Shown one piece after another: positions 17,443 through 26,851 of a stretch of 64,000 bases of DNA. The position numbers and the translations under genes are program-made. Origin of the DNA: Abditibacterium sp. (GTDB lineage: Bacteria; Armatimonadota; Abditibacteriia; Abditibacteriales; Abditibacteriaceae); assembly GCA_965246885.1 (NCBI GenBank), contig OZ251992.1:1120001-1184000 (forward strand). The letters run 5' to 3'. The notes beneath the pieces were generated by a model that saw nothing but the letters and a program-made list of their open reading frames with translations, ran no database searches and was not told where the DNA came from. How positions within the stretch are numbered: position 1 is the first letter of the stretch; every line of letters starts with the position of its first letter.

Positions 17443-18669
17443 TTAAAGCGCGCTCACTCCCGCGCCCGATAACAGTTTGACTCGCACCCGCGCGCCTGCG
17501 GGAAGGGAGGCCGTTTCCGGCCCGATTTCCAACAGGGCATCCGCGCGCGCCATCGTGGACAAGCGCCCCGACCCTTGGTTGCCCGTCGCCGCCGCGAGGA
17601 GGCCGTCCGCGCTTTGATGCAACCCCACGCGCACGAACTCCGTCCGGCCAAGCGGCGAGCGCACGGCGCTTTCGAGCGTTGCCTCGACTTCGAGCCGTCG
17701 CCACGCCCGCACGCCTGCCATGTGCAACAGGGCGGGGCGAACGAACTCCTCGAACGTGACCATCACCGACGCGGGGTTGCCCGGCAGGGCGAAGACGGGT
17801 ACTCCCCCGAACGAGGCAAAGAGAAGCGGCTTGCCGGGGCGGATGTTGACCTTCCAAAAATGCACCTCGGCGCCTTGAAGGAGGAGGTCGCGCATCGGGT
17901 CGAAGTCGCCCGCTGACACGCCGCCGCTCGAAATCAATACGTCAGCGTCCGCCATAGCTGCGCGGACGGTTGCCGCGACTTCCTCGGCGCCGTCCCCGGT
18001 GCGGTGAAAGCCCGCCACATGCGCGCCGCACTCCCCCACAAGCGCGCGAAGCGCCCAACTGTTCGAGTCGCGGATTTGCCCTGCTTCAAGCGGAGCATCG
18101 GTGGCCACGAGTTCCGCTCCGGTAACGACGATGGCAACGCGCGGGCGCCGGAAAACTTCGACGCGCGCGCATCCCAATGAAGCGAGCAGGGCATGAGCGG
18201 CGGCGTTCACTACGGCTCCAGCGCGAAACACGGTCTCGCCCATCCGCACATCCTCGCCGATGGAACGCACGTTTTGACCGGCGCGCGCGGCCTCGTGGAA
18301 CTCGACGCGCCCACTCTCTTCGCGGGTTTCCTCTCGCATCACGACGCAATCAGCGCCGTCAGGAAGCGGCGCGCCGGTCATGATTTTGATGCAAGTTCCC
18401 GGCTCAACTATGCGCTTCGCGACTTCGCCCGCGCCGATGGTTTCGAGAAGCGCGAGAGTTTGCGGCGCGGTGGCCAAATCGGTGGCGCGCGCGGCGTAGC
18501 CATCCATCGCGGAATTGGCAAAGGGCGGCAGATCGAGCGACGCCACAACATCACTCGCCAACACGCGGCCCAAAGCGCGTTCGTGGGGAATAGTTTCGGC
18601 GAGGAGCGGCCCGACGCGGCCCGCGATAATGGCGCGGGCCGCGTCGGGTTCGAGGGGATGGGAGTTCAC
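17443..18669 (-). CDS. moeA: Molybdopterin molybdotransferase
   Basis: PPFANSAMDGYA, IMTGAPLPDGAD, SSGGVSAGDFD, IRPGKP, LPGNP; GTG start at 18669. Confidence 0.95.
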   Translation of the reverse strand: MNSHPLEPDAARAIIAGRVGPLLAETIPHERALGRVLASDVVASLDLPPFANSAMDGYAARATDLATAPQTLALLETIGAGEVAKRIVEPGTCIKIMTGAPLPDGADCVVMREETREESGRVEFHEAARAGQNVRSIGEDVRMGETVFRAGAVVNAAAHALLASLGCARVEVFRRPRVAIVVTGAELVATDAPLEAGQIRDSNSWALRALVGECGAHVAGFHRTGDGAEEVAATVRAAMADADVLISSGGVSAGDFDPMRDLLLQGAEVHFWKVNIRPGKPLLFASFGGVPVFALPGNPASVMVTFEEFVRPALLHMAGVRAWRRLEVEATLESAVRSPLGRTEFVRVGLHQSADGLLAAATGNQGSGRLSTMARADALLEIGPETASLPAGARVRVKLLSGAGVSAL

Positions 18670-18714
18670 AGCAGGCAGTTTAGATGAGCGGTTGCCCACT
18701 GCCTCGTGGGAGGG

Positions 18715-20571
18715 TTAACCGCCGCCGCCAGCGGTGATACCGGTGTCGCCCGCCGCCGCGATGCTGTCATCGTCTCCGGCGCGGTGGATGATGCGCGCGG
18801 TGAGGAAGATGATCAGTTCCGCTTCGGCTTCGGAGTTACTTTTTCTGCCGAAGAACTGGCCGATGAAGGGTACATCACTGAGGAGAGGAACTCTGGTGTG
18901 GTCAACGTTGACGGTTTTGGTGCGCAAACCGCCCAAAGCGATGGTTTCACCGTCGCGCACGTTGGCGATGGTGCGCAGCGATTGCGAGGTGATGGTGCCC
19001 GCACCAAGGCTGTTGGGGATGCCTTGACTTTCCAGTTGCGGCTCCATCAACACGGTAATGGTGTTATCGTTGTTGATGGTAGGGGTGACGTTCAACCCGA
19101 TGCTCGTCGTGACGTAGAAGACCTGCTGACTCGTGTTTTGGGTGGTCGAGTTGTTGGCGATGGTGCTGGTCGTGGTGAGGACGATGGGCGTCGAGGTGGA
19201 CTGCTCGATGTTGGCGGTGAGGTTGTTAATGGCGAGCACGCGCGGCGCCGTAAGAATTTTGCCGCGTCCGGTGTTGATGGCCGCCGAAATGTTCGCTTGG
19301 AAGTTGCCTTTGAGGTAGCTAACGACTAAGCCGCTACTGGTGGTGTTACCGGTGTTGGAAGCGGTGGTGTTGCCGCGTGCGCTACTAAAGTCGAGGCCAT
19401 AGGAGCGCGCGTCACTGGTGTTGATGGACAGGAACTGCGCTTCGATTTCGACTTGGCGCAGGGGGCGGTCTAAAAAGCGGATGGTCGCCGCTAACTCTGC
19501 GGCGCCTTGAGGCGTGCCAAAGACAAGAAGAGCGTTTTGCGGGTCAACAGCGACGATGCGGTCTACGCCGGTGGGCAACTGGAATACGCCACCGCCATTG
19601 CCGCCGCCACGTCCACCCACGCCGCCACGTTGACCGCCGCCGAAGTTTCCTTGACCGCCTTGGCCACCGAAGCCTTGGCCAAACTGGGCGTCGGCGTAGG
19701 TCTGCATTACATCGGCGTTGGAGTTGACGTAGGGATTGGCGCTCGGCACCACGCCTTGCGTGTTGAACCCTTGGCCGCCGAAGCTTGACCTTCCCGAACT
19801 CACGTTCTGATTGGAGCCGTTGAGGGCTTGGAATCTGACAGGCCCCTTCGAGTATTGGCGCTCCAACTCACCGTTCTGCTTGATTTCGATGGGCGCTTCG
19901 TGGTTGGCGGGGTCGAGCCAATAGGCCATCAAGCTGGGCTTGACGTTGCGGAGCGACATGCGGAAATCGCGCTTGCGAGCGTCGCCGGTGCTGGAAATTT
20001 TGACGAGGGCCGGCTCCTCATCGTTTGTGGTTACACCCGATCCCGGCGTGCCGAAGGGGTCAAGAGCCGCGTCCGAGGCGCGCGTTCTGCTCTGTGCCCC
20101 ACCTGCGAAACCGGCCTGAATGGGCGGAAAATCCGGCACGATGGACGTGGTGGCGTTGATGGCTTGGGGCAGGGGGGCAGCTTTGGAGATGATGTAAGTG
20201 CCGTCCACTTTCTCGCACGACAGCCCGGCGGTGCGGGTAACGGTGGTGATGGCTTGCTCTGCCGTGACGTCCTTGAGGTTGATGGTTGCAATGGTGCCCG
20301 ACACGTCGCCCGCAACGGCGATGGGCACGTCGAACTGCGTCGAGATCATGGACAAAAGCTCGGTGACGCTCACGCCCTTAAAAGTCATCGTGTCAATTTT
20401 GGGCTTGACGTCCGATGGCACGACTGGCGCCGCGACGGGAGAGGGCACCGGAGCGACACGGCTATCGGAGGGCACAATGGATGGCACACTTTGCGCCCAG
20501 ACAGCGGACGGCACGAGCAGGGCACCGGCCACAACGAGGGTCGCGGGGTGCAAACGGAGAAAGGTGGACAT
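18715..20571 (-). CDS. Secretin (PilQ/GspD family)
   Basis: Signal peptide, N0-like domain, N3 (VDPQNALLVFGT...LDRPLRQVEIEAQF), secretin domain (APRV, VRDGETIALGGL, RVPLLSDVPFIGQFF, ELIIFLTARII). Confidence 0.9.
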   Translation of the reverse strand: MSTFLRLHPATLVVAGALLVPSAVWAQSVPSIVPSDSRVAPVPSPVAAPVVPSDVKPKIDTMTFKGVSVTELLSMISTQFDVPIAVAGDVSGTIATINLKDVTAEQAITTVTRTAGLSCEKVDGTYIISKAAPLPQAINATTSIVPDFPPIQAGFAGGAQSRTRASDAALDPFGTPGSGVTTNDEEPALVKISSTGDARKRDFRMSLRNVKPSLMAYWLDPANHEAPIEIKQNGELERQYSKGPVRFQALNGSNQNVSSGRSSFGGQGFNTQGVVPSANPYVNSNADVMQTYADAQFGQGFGGQGGQGNFGGGQRGGVGGRGGGNGGGVFQLPTGVDRIVAVDPQNALLVFGTPQGAAELAATIRFLDRPLRQVEIEAQFLSINTSDARSYGLDFSSARGNTTASNTGNTTSSGLVVSYLKGNFQANISAAINTGRGKILTAPRVLAINNLTANIEQSTSTPIVLTTTSTIANNSTTQNTSQQVFYVTTSIGLNVTPTINNDNTITVLMEPQLESQGIPNSLGAGTITSQSLRTIANVRDGETIALGGLRTKTVNVDHTRVPLLSDVPFIGQFFGRKSNSEAEAELIIFLTARIIHRAGDDDSIAAAGDTGITAGGGG

Positions 20572-20610
20572 GGTCGAAGATCGAGAACGGGAAAGAAAGG
20601 GAAAAGTCAA

Positions 20611-21492
20611 CTAAAAGCCAAAGCCCCGGCTACCGCCGCCACCAAAGCTGCTGCCGCCGCCGCCACCACCAAAGCTGCTGCCGCCGCCACCAAAGCTGCT
20701 GCCACTGCCCCCGCCGATGCCGGTGACGCCAAAGCCGCCGCCGCTTCCGCTCCGGTTGTTGCCGCCGCCGAAGCTACTGTTGCCACCTCCCCGGTTGCCG
20801 CCGAAACTGCTACCCCCGCCCCCACCGCCCCCACTGCTGGGGGGCGACACGAACGGCTCGGTGGCAATGACGCTGGAGTTGTTGAACAATTGCGCGATGC
20901 CGCCCGCGTAGATGTGGCGCACGGTCAGCAGGATAACTTTCTTGCCTGCAGTAGACGAGGTGCCGGTGCCGCCGGGTTGGGCGACGGTTTGGGCGTTCGC
21001 TTGAATGGAAACTGAAGGCACCAACTCGAAGTTGGTGTTGTTGCCGTTGTCCAATGGGGCGCCGCCAAACGGGTTGGCGGGCACGTTGCCGATGCCGCCG
21101 GGGGTGCGCCCCATGCCCGGAAATGCGCTCGGAGCGCCGGGAAGACCGCCCGCGCCGGGTTGCAGAATCGGCTCGCGCGGCTCGACCAAATAGGAACCGT
21201 CGGCGCCGCGCGACACCTTGAAGTTGTTTTGATTGGCAAGGGCGCGCAGGGCCGAGTCCCACTGGATGTTTTGCAGGGTAATGGAGCCGATGGCCACTTG
21301 CGAGGCCGCCGGGTCAATGGTGTGGGTGGGGTTGTTGGCGGCTTGGAAAATCATCTCCAGCGCACTGTTTAGGGTAGTGTCTTTGAATTCGACGGTCGAA
21401 AAGCGGGGCGTGGTTTGCGCGTGCGCCGGAGCGACACCCAGCGACAAACCAGTGGCGGTCGAAAGCAGCAATACGGTCGGAATGTGTTTCAT
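20611..21492 (-). CDS. Secreted secretin N0/STN-like domain protein with a Gly/Ser/Phe-rich tail, no barrel
   Basis: Signal peptide ending AHA; VEFKDTTLNSALEMIF...ITLQNIQWDSALRAL; ILLTVRHIYAGGIAQLF; SSFGGGG repeats. Confidence 0.75.
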   Translation of the reverse strand: MKHIPTVLLLSTATGLSLGVAPAHAQTTPRFSTVEFKDTTLNSALEMIFQAANNPTHTIDPAASQVAIGSITLQNIQWDSALRALANQNNFKVSRGADGSYLVEPREPILQPGAGGLPGAPSAFPGMGRTPGGIGNVPANPFGGAPLDNGNNTNFELVPSVSIQANAQTVAQPGGTGTSSTAGKKVILLTVRHIYAGGIAQLFNNSSVIATEPFVSPPSSGGGGGGGSSFGGNRGGGNSSFGGGNNRSGSGGGFGVTGIGGGSGSSFGGGGSSFGGGGGGSSFGGGGSRGFGF

Positions 21493-21581
21493 GGAAATGG
21501 TTTTGGGTGCGCCAAGGGCGCGGATAGAGGAGCGGACGCAAGCCCGTTCAGTAAGTTCGCAGTCGAGGGAACGGGCGCAGT

Positions 21582-22472
21582 TTAACCGCCTCCGCCTCCC
21601 GGCCCCGCTCCCCCGGCGGCTCCCGTTGTTTGGGCTTGCGCACCGGGGCGCAGTTCGACGTATTTTTGCGAGCCATCGGTGTCGCGCACGAGCATGCGCG
21701 TGACCGTGCCGCCCCCTTGCGGGGTGCGCTCGATGCTGATCACGCGGATGCCCTCGACATCGTCGCCCGGTTGCACGACGCGTTGCTCGCCCGACGGCAA
21801 CTCCAGCAATGCCCGCACGCCATCACCGATAATGACGCCCGCCAGCCGTTTATCATACGACTGGCTCGGCGCCCCACTTGTGTCGCCACTCGAAGTGCGC
21901 GGAAGCGGAAAGGCATCGCGCGGCCCAATTGTAGTGGACGAGCGGGGAATTGAGGGCGACCCAATGTTAAGAGGCTCGGCTACCGCCGCCCGCACGCGCG
22001 GGTCGGAGATGGCGGGCAAGCTAACTGGGCCACCGAACGCGTCGGGTTTGGGCAAGATGATTTGAGGGTCGGGAGTGGTGGGGATGGGAGTTGGCGGGAG
22101 CGGGGGCAACAAGTAAACCGGCTTAAACGGGTCAACGCGCGAGCGGGACACGAACACGACGGGTTGTGCGGGCGTCGCTGCCGTAGCGGGTGCTGCGGCT
22201 CCTAAGACTACTGGCTGAGCGGGCGAGACGGGAGCCGCGCCCGTTAGCGGCTTCACCGGTGGGGGAACAAACGTCGGAGGTGGGTTGAGCGTTGTCGTCG
22301 CGGTGGTCGAGCCTCCGCCGCTCAACAGGCCGGGCAAGTACATAACGCCCACGATTAAAGTCAGCAGACCCACGACGCCCAAACCGGCAAATGTGCGTTT
22401 CTGCTGGGTCGTGAACTCCCTTTTGGGTTTAGGTGTGTCGCCGGTTGGCGGCGTTGCTCCTGCGGTTGCCAT
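21582..22472 (-). CDS. PilP/GspC-like pilus alignment protein
   Basis: Single TM, Pro-rich linker, RVDPF motif, KRLAGVIIGDGVRALLE...VVQPGD beta domain; position in the pilMNO-secretin operon. Confidence 0.65.
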   Translation of the reverse strand: MATAGATPPTGDTPKPKREFTTQQKRTFAGLGVVGLLTLIVGVMYLPGLLSGGGSTTATTTLNPPPTFVPPPVKPLTGAAPVSPAQPVVLGAAAPATAATPAQPVVFVSRSRVDPFKPVYLLPPLPPTPIPTTPDPQIILPKPDAFGGPVSLPAISDPRVRAAVAEPLNIGSPSIPRSSTTIGPRDAFPLPRTSSGDTSGAPSQSYDKRLAGVIIGDGVRALLELPSGEQRVVQPGDDVEGIRVISIERTPQGGGTVTRMLVRDTDGSQKYVELRPGAQAQTTGAAGGAGPGGGGG

Positions 22473-22610
22473 AATGAAAAAGCGGCTTTAATGCCGTGTC
22501 GCGGATTTTCCTTGCTTCATAGAGGTCTGAGCGCGCCCGAAGTTGCGCTCATTCCCGTTTCTCTTGTGCTTCTGGGTAGAAACGTTCTGACCAGTGTGAA
22601 CCCAGCCCCT

Positions 22611-23372
22611 TTACGCCCCACCCCCGCCGCCTGCTCCCCCGCCAGTAGCGCCGCCAGCTATAGCGCCGCCACCGCCACCGGAAAGTTGGGCGCTTGGGCC
22701 AGTTGCGAGCAAATACGGGGTCAACGTGAAGGTCGTCTTAGTGCCAAGAGTACTGGTCTCCAACTTCATCCCCGGAGAGGAAACTGTGCCCGTCGTGGTA
22801 AGAATTTCCATTTGGTTGATCCGATTGAAAAAGCGCAGGATGTTGGGCAAGGTGCCTTCAACGGTGACAGAAAGCGTGTCGCCAGCGAGTGGCTTGAGAA
22901 ACCCACTCGGCGGGGCAGCAACATCTTCCGGGTTTTGGGGTGGCGTGTTCACTTTGACGGACGTGTTGATAATGACGCCGCTTTCGTCCGCCGCTTGGAT
23001 GAGTTCGCGGCGCAGTTCGACGCCGTAATCGGTGTAGTATTCGTTCAGATAGCGCCGCCACGTCGCTTCGCGGGCGCCTTTGCTTGAATCCGGCTGCACA
23101 TCAAAGGCCAGCGAGCGAAAGCGGGCGCGGAAAGCGTCCACTTGTTCCTTGGCGAAGTCGCGGTTGTTTTCGGCGATCTTTTGCGCTTGGAGCGAAGAGG
23201 CCAGCTTTTGCGCGGCTGCAGAGTCCGTGCCGTAAGAAGCAGTCTCGGCAGCGATTTTGGTGTTCACGTCGTCTATGAAGCGCAACTTCATCACGAGCGC
23301 AATCAAACCCGCGAGAATGACCGATACAACGCTGATAGCGATGATGGTGCGACGAAGAGCAGTTTCACGCAT
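22611..23372 (-). CDS. PilO-like pilus assembly protein
   Basis: TM, coiled coil, then LSVTVEGTLPNILRFFNRI ferredoxin-like segment; operon position. Confidence 0.65.
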   Translation of the reverse strand: MRETALRRTIIAISVVSVILAGLIALVMKLRFIDDVNTKIAAETASYGTDSAAAQKLASSLQAQKIAENNRDFAKEQVDAFRARFRSLAFDVQPDSSKGAREATWRRYLNEYYTDYGVELRRELIQAADESGVIINTSVKVNTPPQNPEDVAAPPSGFLKPLAGDTLSVTVEGTLPNILRFFNRINQMEILTTTGTVSSPGMKLETSTLGTKTTFTLTPYLLATGPSAQLSGGGGGAIAGGATGGGAGGGGGA

Positions 23373-23399
23373 GGAAATAGAAAAGTGTGTCGGCCACTC

Positions 23400-24125
23400 C
23401 TAACGGGTGGGGGGTGCAGCTGCCGCAGGAGGAGCGCCGGGGGTGACGGGTCTGGCGCCTGCACCCGCCGCACCCGCAGAAGCGGCGGGCGCGACGGGGT
23501 CAATGGGCAACACGATGGTATTGAGCAACGCGCCCTGCGCAGTGAGAGTAATCGGGTAGTTGACCAGAACGGGCGGGCTACCGGGATCGGGTTGCGGCAC
23601 AACAAGTGTTTGGGCGCCATTACCAAAACCGCCGACGCCCGACGTGGTCAGGCGCGGATCGCCCGCGAACACAACCCCCGTCGCTTTACGCAGATTCAGC
23701 AGAAACTGCGCGTACTCGTCGGGCGTCGTCACCGTCGCGATGATGGTCACGTTCTTGCCGTCGGAGATGTCTATCGTTTTGACGACCGAGTTTTCGTCTA
23801 TGTATTTGGTAATCAGGTTCAAGAGCGCCGCGCGCTCGCTACCTGTTTTGCACGACGCAAGCATGAAATTATTGGCGGCGTTGTAGCTGGCGGCAGCGTT
23901 TGTGGCGGCAGTAGTGGCATCATCGGCGGATTTAGCTTTGCCAGCGACGAGCTTAATGGCTTCACTGTTGGTTTTAGCCGTTTCCAACTCCAACTGCTTG
24001 GAGTGCAGAAAGAGGAGCAACCCGCCCGTCCACAGCGACAGCCCAACGATGGCGGTGGCAATCGTGTATTTCAAGCGTTTGCGCCATTTTACGTAGCTGG
24101 GCAGCAGGTCAATTTTGATTGCCAT
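23400..24125 (-). CDS. PilN-like pilus assembly protein
   Basis: N-terminal IKIDLLP (variant of the PilM-binding INLLP motif), TM, coiled coil. Confidence 0.75.
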   Translation of the reverse strand: MAIKIDLLPSYVKWRKRLKYTIATAIVGLSLWTGGLLLFLHSKQLELETAKTNSEAIKLVAGKAKSADDATTAATNAAASYNAANNFMLASCKTGSERAALLNLITKYIDENSVVKTIDISDGKNVTIIATVTTPDEYAQFLLNLRKATGVVFAGDPRLTTSGVGGFGNGAQTLVVPQPDPGSPPVLVNYPITLTAQGALLNTIVLPIDPVAPAASAGAAGAGARPVTPGAPPAAAAPPTR

Positions 24126-24244
24126 TGTTCAAGAACCACCGGAAGCATCGGGCACCACTGGAGTGGCGCCGTCATCTTCTAATCACCGACGCGGGAAAGC
24201 GCCTTTATTTTAAGTCACCGCGCGGGGCGCAGGCAACCTCTATT

Positions 24245-26731
24245 TTAGTCAACGAAATCGCGGAGCGCCAAACCGAGCGCCACAGTGTAAAGCGGCCCGT
24301 TGGGAATCTCGGATTGCGCTGCGACGGGAAGCAGTTGGAGCGGGTTGAGAACCGCCGTTGGCGCGCCCAAACGCCCCGTTAGGTACACATCGAGGTTTTT
24401 GAGAAGCGCCCCGCCGCCCGTAAGATATATACGCGATAGCGCCGCATCGGGCACGCGCTCCAAGTAGAACGAGAGCGAGCGCGAAATCTCGCTCGCCAAC
24501 TCTTCCAAAGGTTGCGCCAGCGCCTCATACACGGCGGCGGCCTCGGCATCGGCGCCTCCGGCCAACCCTGCGCCGAAGCCGCCGAAATCTTCGCCATCTA
24601 CGCCAAACGCGAAGTCATCCACGCCGCCAACAGCGCCAATGTTGAGTCCCGCATCGGGCGTGGCGCCCAGATTGATGTCGTCAAAACTCACGCCCCCGGC
24701 ATTCACCGGGGGCGCCGCACCCCGGCTCACCTCGGTCGCCCCGAAAATGTCGCCCATGTCGAAGGCCTCGCTTTCGGGCGCGACCAATGGCGCAGTATTG
24801 GCGAGGGGGGCAGTTGTCACCAACGGCGTGCCCCCGTCCGCGAACGAGATGCCAGCAGGGGGCGCCGCGCTCGCCGCCGCCCCGAATGTGCCAAGCGCCG
24901 CCGCTCCCGCTCCCGCCGCCAGCGCTCCGCCAACGGCGGACGTTTCTGGCGCGTTGGCGGGCGTAACGGGCGGGGCAGAGATGGCGGCGCTTGGTTGTGG
25001 GGCGGCGGGAACTGGCGCCGCGACGGTTGGCGTCAGGTCGGAGATGTCGTCGAATGAAAAACCGGCGTTTTGATTTTGGCCCAACGTGCCGCCCGCGAGG
25101 GGCGCGGCGGGCGTCGCAAGCGAAGCGGCGGGGCCGATGGGTGCGCTTCCGGCGTTGCTCGCGCTCGTTTGGGCCGTCGCAGGCAAATCGAAGTCGGAGA
25201 AATCGAACGCCGAGCTAATGGGAGCGGCTGGTGTGGCCGGAGCCGTCGTCGTCGCCGCGCTTGCGGGGGCAATTGGGGCCGCCGGAGACGCCGCGCTCAC
25301 CGTAGGCAGAATCTCTCTTTGCAAATCTTCGCCGCCGAAGTCGAACGGCGCGGCGCTGACCGGCGCAGGCTCTCCCGCAACGGACGCCGATGGAACTCCC
25401 GCAGTGGAAGGCAACGTGTCGGGCGAAGACCCGAAATCAAACGTGAAGGGCGCGGGGGTGGGAGTGGACGTTGGTGGCGCTGGTGTGACGGATGCCGGAG
25501 GTTCGGCGGCGCCGGGAAGCAGGCTCAGGTCGTCTTCATCGAAACTGATGGGAGCGCTTGGAGGAGCGAGTGGGTTGGGCTGATTTTCTTTTTGGGCGTG
25601 CCCGCCGCCGGGTTCGTTCTTCGGGCCTTGGTTGAAGAAGTCGAGGTCGAAGGGGTCGGTGGAAACCGTCGCGGGGGCGTCCAAAACGGTCGTGCGGTTG
25701 GGCGCCGCGCCAGAGGAAGAAGCGGTGTCGGTCAGGCCGAAGTCCTCGAAATCGCCGCCAAAAGTGGGCGTCGCTTCGCCGAACCCGGTTCCGCCCTCGC
25801 CAAAACCGAAATCGTCATCGGTGTGGCCGGTTTGATAGCCTTCGGGCGGCAGGGCGTCACCTTGCTCGATTTTGACGCGCTCGCCTTCGACAAAGGGCAC
25901 GTTGAGGGCGTCGGCAATGCCTTGAGAAATGGAATTTCCGCCCGTTGAGACGGTGCGGGTAAACACTAACACGTCGCCGCGCAAAAGGGAAATTTCCGTT
26001 CCAAGAGCGCCGATGTTGACGATGGCTGTAATCTCGTTGTAGTCCACCATGAGGCCGTTGAAATCTCCCCGCTTTTGCAGCGACAAAGTGCGTCCGGCAG
26101 CCACTGGTTCGACATCCACTGCGCGCGGATCGAGGCGCGCGCTTTGCAAAATCTTGATGTGCGCGTCAATGACTTCGGTTTGCACCGCCGCCAACAGAAC
26201 GTCCATCGTGCCAGAGTCGGGGTCGGCGGGCAGTTCGCGCAAGGCTTTGAAGTCCATTTGCACTTCGGTCGGCGGGAAGGGGATGTAAAGCTGCGCATCG
26301 GCGCGCATAGCGTCGGCCAACTGCGAGTCGCTCATAAACGGCACCTCGATAACGCGCACCACGAGCGCGCCCGTGCCCGCAACCGAGGAAATAACCGCGC
26401 GCCCCTTGAAGCCGCCCGCTTTCCACACGGCTTTGACGGCGCTCGCCAAGCCGCTTGCGGACAGAACGTTGCCATTTTGGAACGCTTCGGGCGGGGTGGC
26501 GACAGTGGCGAGGCGCGTCACGCTCAGTTCGCCGTTTTTGGCGGTGACTTCGACGGCTTTAATCGTGGCGTTACCGATGTTCAGGCCCACGACCGTGCCC
26601 TTGGAAAGCGCACCTTTGGCGGGCCGCGCCTTCTTTTCTTTGACAACGCGCGCCGGTTTTGCCGCCGCGTCGGAGGGCGCATCGGCGACTGGGGCCGCGT
26701 CCGCCTTTTTCTTGGAGCCAAAAAGAGCCAT
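24245..26731 (-). CDS. pilM: Type IV pilus assembly protein PilM with a ~430-aa low-complexity insertion
   Basis: VGLNIGNATIKAVE, YIPFP..EVQMDF, VDVEPVA, VNIGA, ELASEISRSLSFY, IYLTGGGA, ALGLALR. Confidence 0.9.
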   Translation of the reverse strand: MALFGSKKKADAAPVADAPSDAAAKPARVVKEKKARPAKGALSKGTVVGLNIGNATIKAVEVTAKNGELSVTRLATVATPPEAFQNGNVLSASGLASAVKAVWKAGGFKGRAVISSVAGTGALVVRVIEVPFMSDSQLADAMRADAQLYIPFPPTEVQMDFKALRELPADPDSGTMDVLLAAVQTEVIDAHIKILQSARLDPRAVDVEPVAAGRTLSLQKRGDFNGLMVDYNEITAIVNIGALGTEISLLRGDVLVFTRTVSTGGNSISQGIADALNVPFVEGERVKIEQGDALPPEGYQTGHTDDDFGFGEGGTGFGEATPTFGGDFEDFGLTDTASSSGAAPNRTTVLDAPATVSTDPFDLDFFNQGPKNEPGGGHAQKENQPNPLAPPSAPISFDEDDLSLLPGAAEPPASVTPAPPTSTPTPAPFTFDFGSSPDTLPSTAGVPSASVAGEPAPVSAAPFDFGGEDLQREILPTVSAASPAAPIAPASAATTTAPATPAAPISSAFDFSDFDLPATAQTSASNAGSAPIGPAASLATPAAPLAGGTLGQNQNAGFSFDDISDLTPTVAAPVPAAPQPSAAISAPPVTPANAPETSAVGGALAAGAGAAALGTFGAAASAAPPAGISFADGGTPLVTTAPLANTAPLVAPESEAFDMGDIFGATEVSRGAAPPVNAGGVSFDDINLGATPDAGLNIGAVGGVDDFAFGVDGEDFGGFGAGLAGGADAEAAAVYEALAQPLEELASEISRSLSFYLERVPDAALSRIYLTGGGALLKNLDVYLTGRLGAPTAVLNPLQLLPVAAQSEIPNGPLYTVALGLALRDFVD

Positions 26732-26793
26732 AAAACGGAAACCGCGCGCTTCGGGAGCAAACCAGAAACGGGTGCGGAAAAACCTTATTTCTA

Positions 26794-26802
26794 ATTATAG
26801 CA
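26794..26802 (-). promoter_or_regulatory. Extended -10 promoter for the pilM operon
   Basis: Minus strand TGCTATAAT (TGn-TATAAT) about 62 bp upstream of the pilM ATG. Confidence 0.6.
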
Positions 26803-26851
26803 ACGCGGCGCCGCCATCAAAGGGGGCGCCGCTACACTTGCGCGCCGTCCC

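Noticed and set aside
20620..20830. GCC/ACC-rich DNA repeats as a separate repeat element
   Set aside because: Explained by the SSFGGGG coding repeats of the STN-domain protein
26732..26793. c-di-GMP riboswitch in the pilM leader
   Set aside because: The leader is short and lacks the GEMM GGCAAA/GACGCAAA pattern
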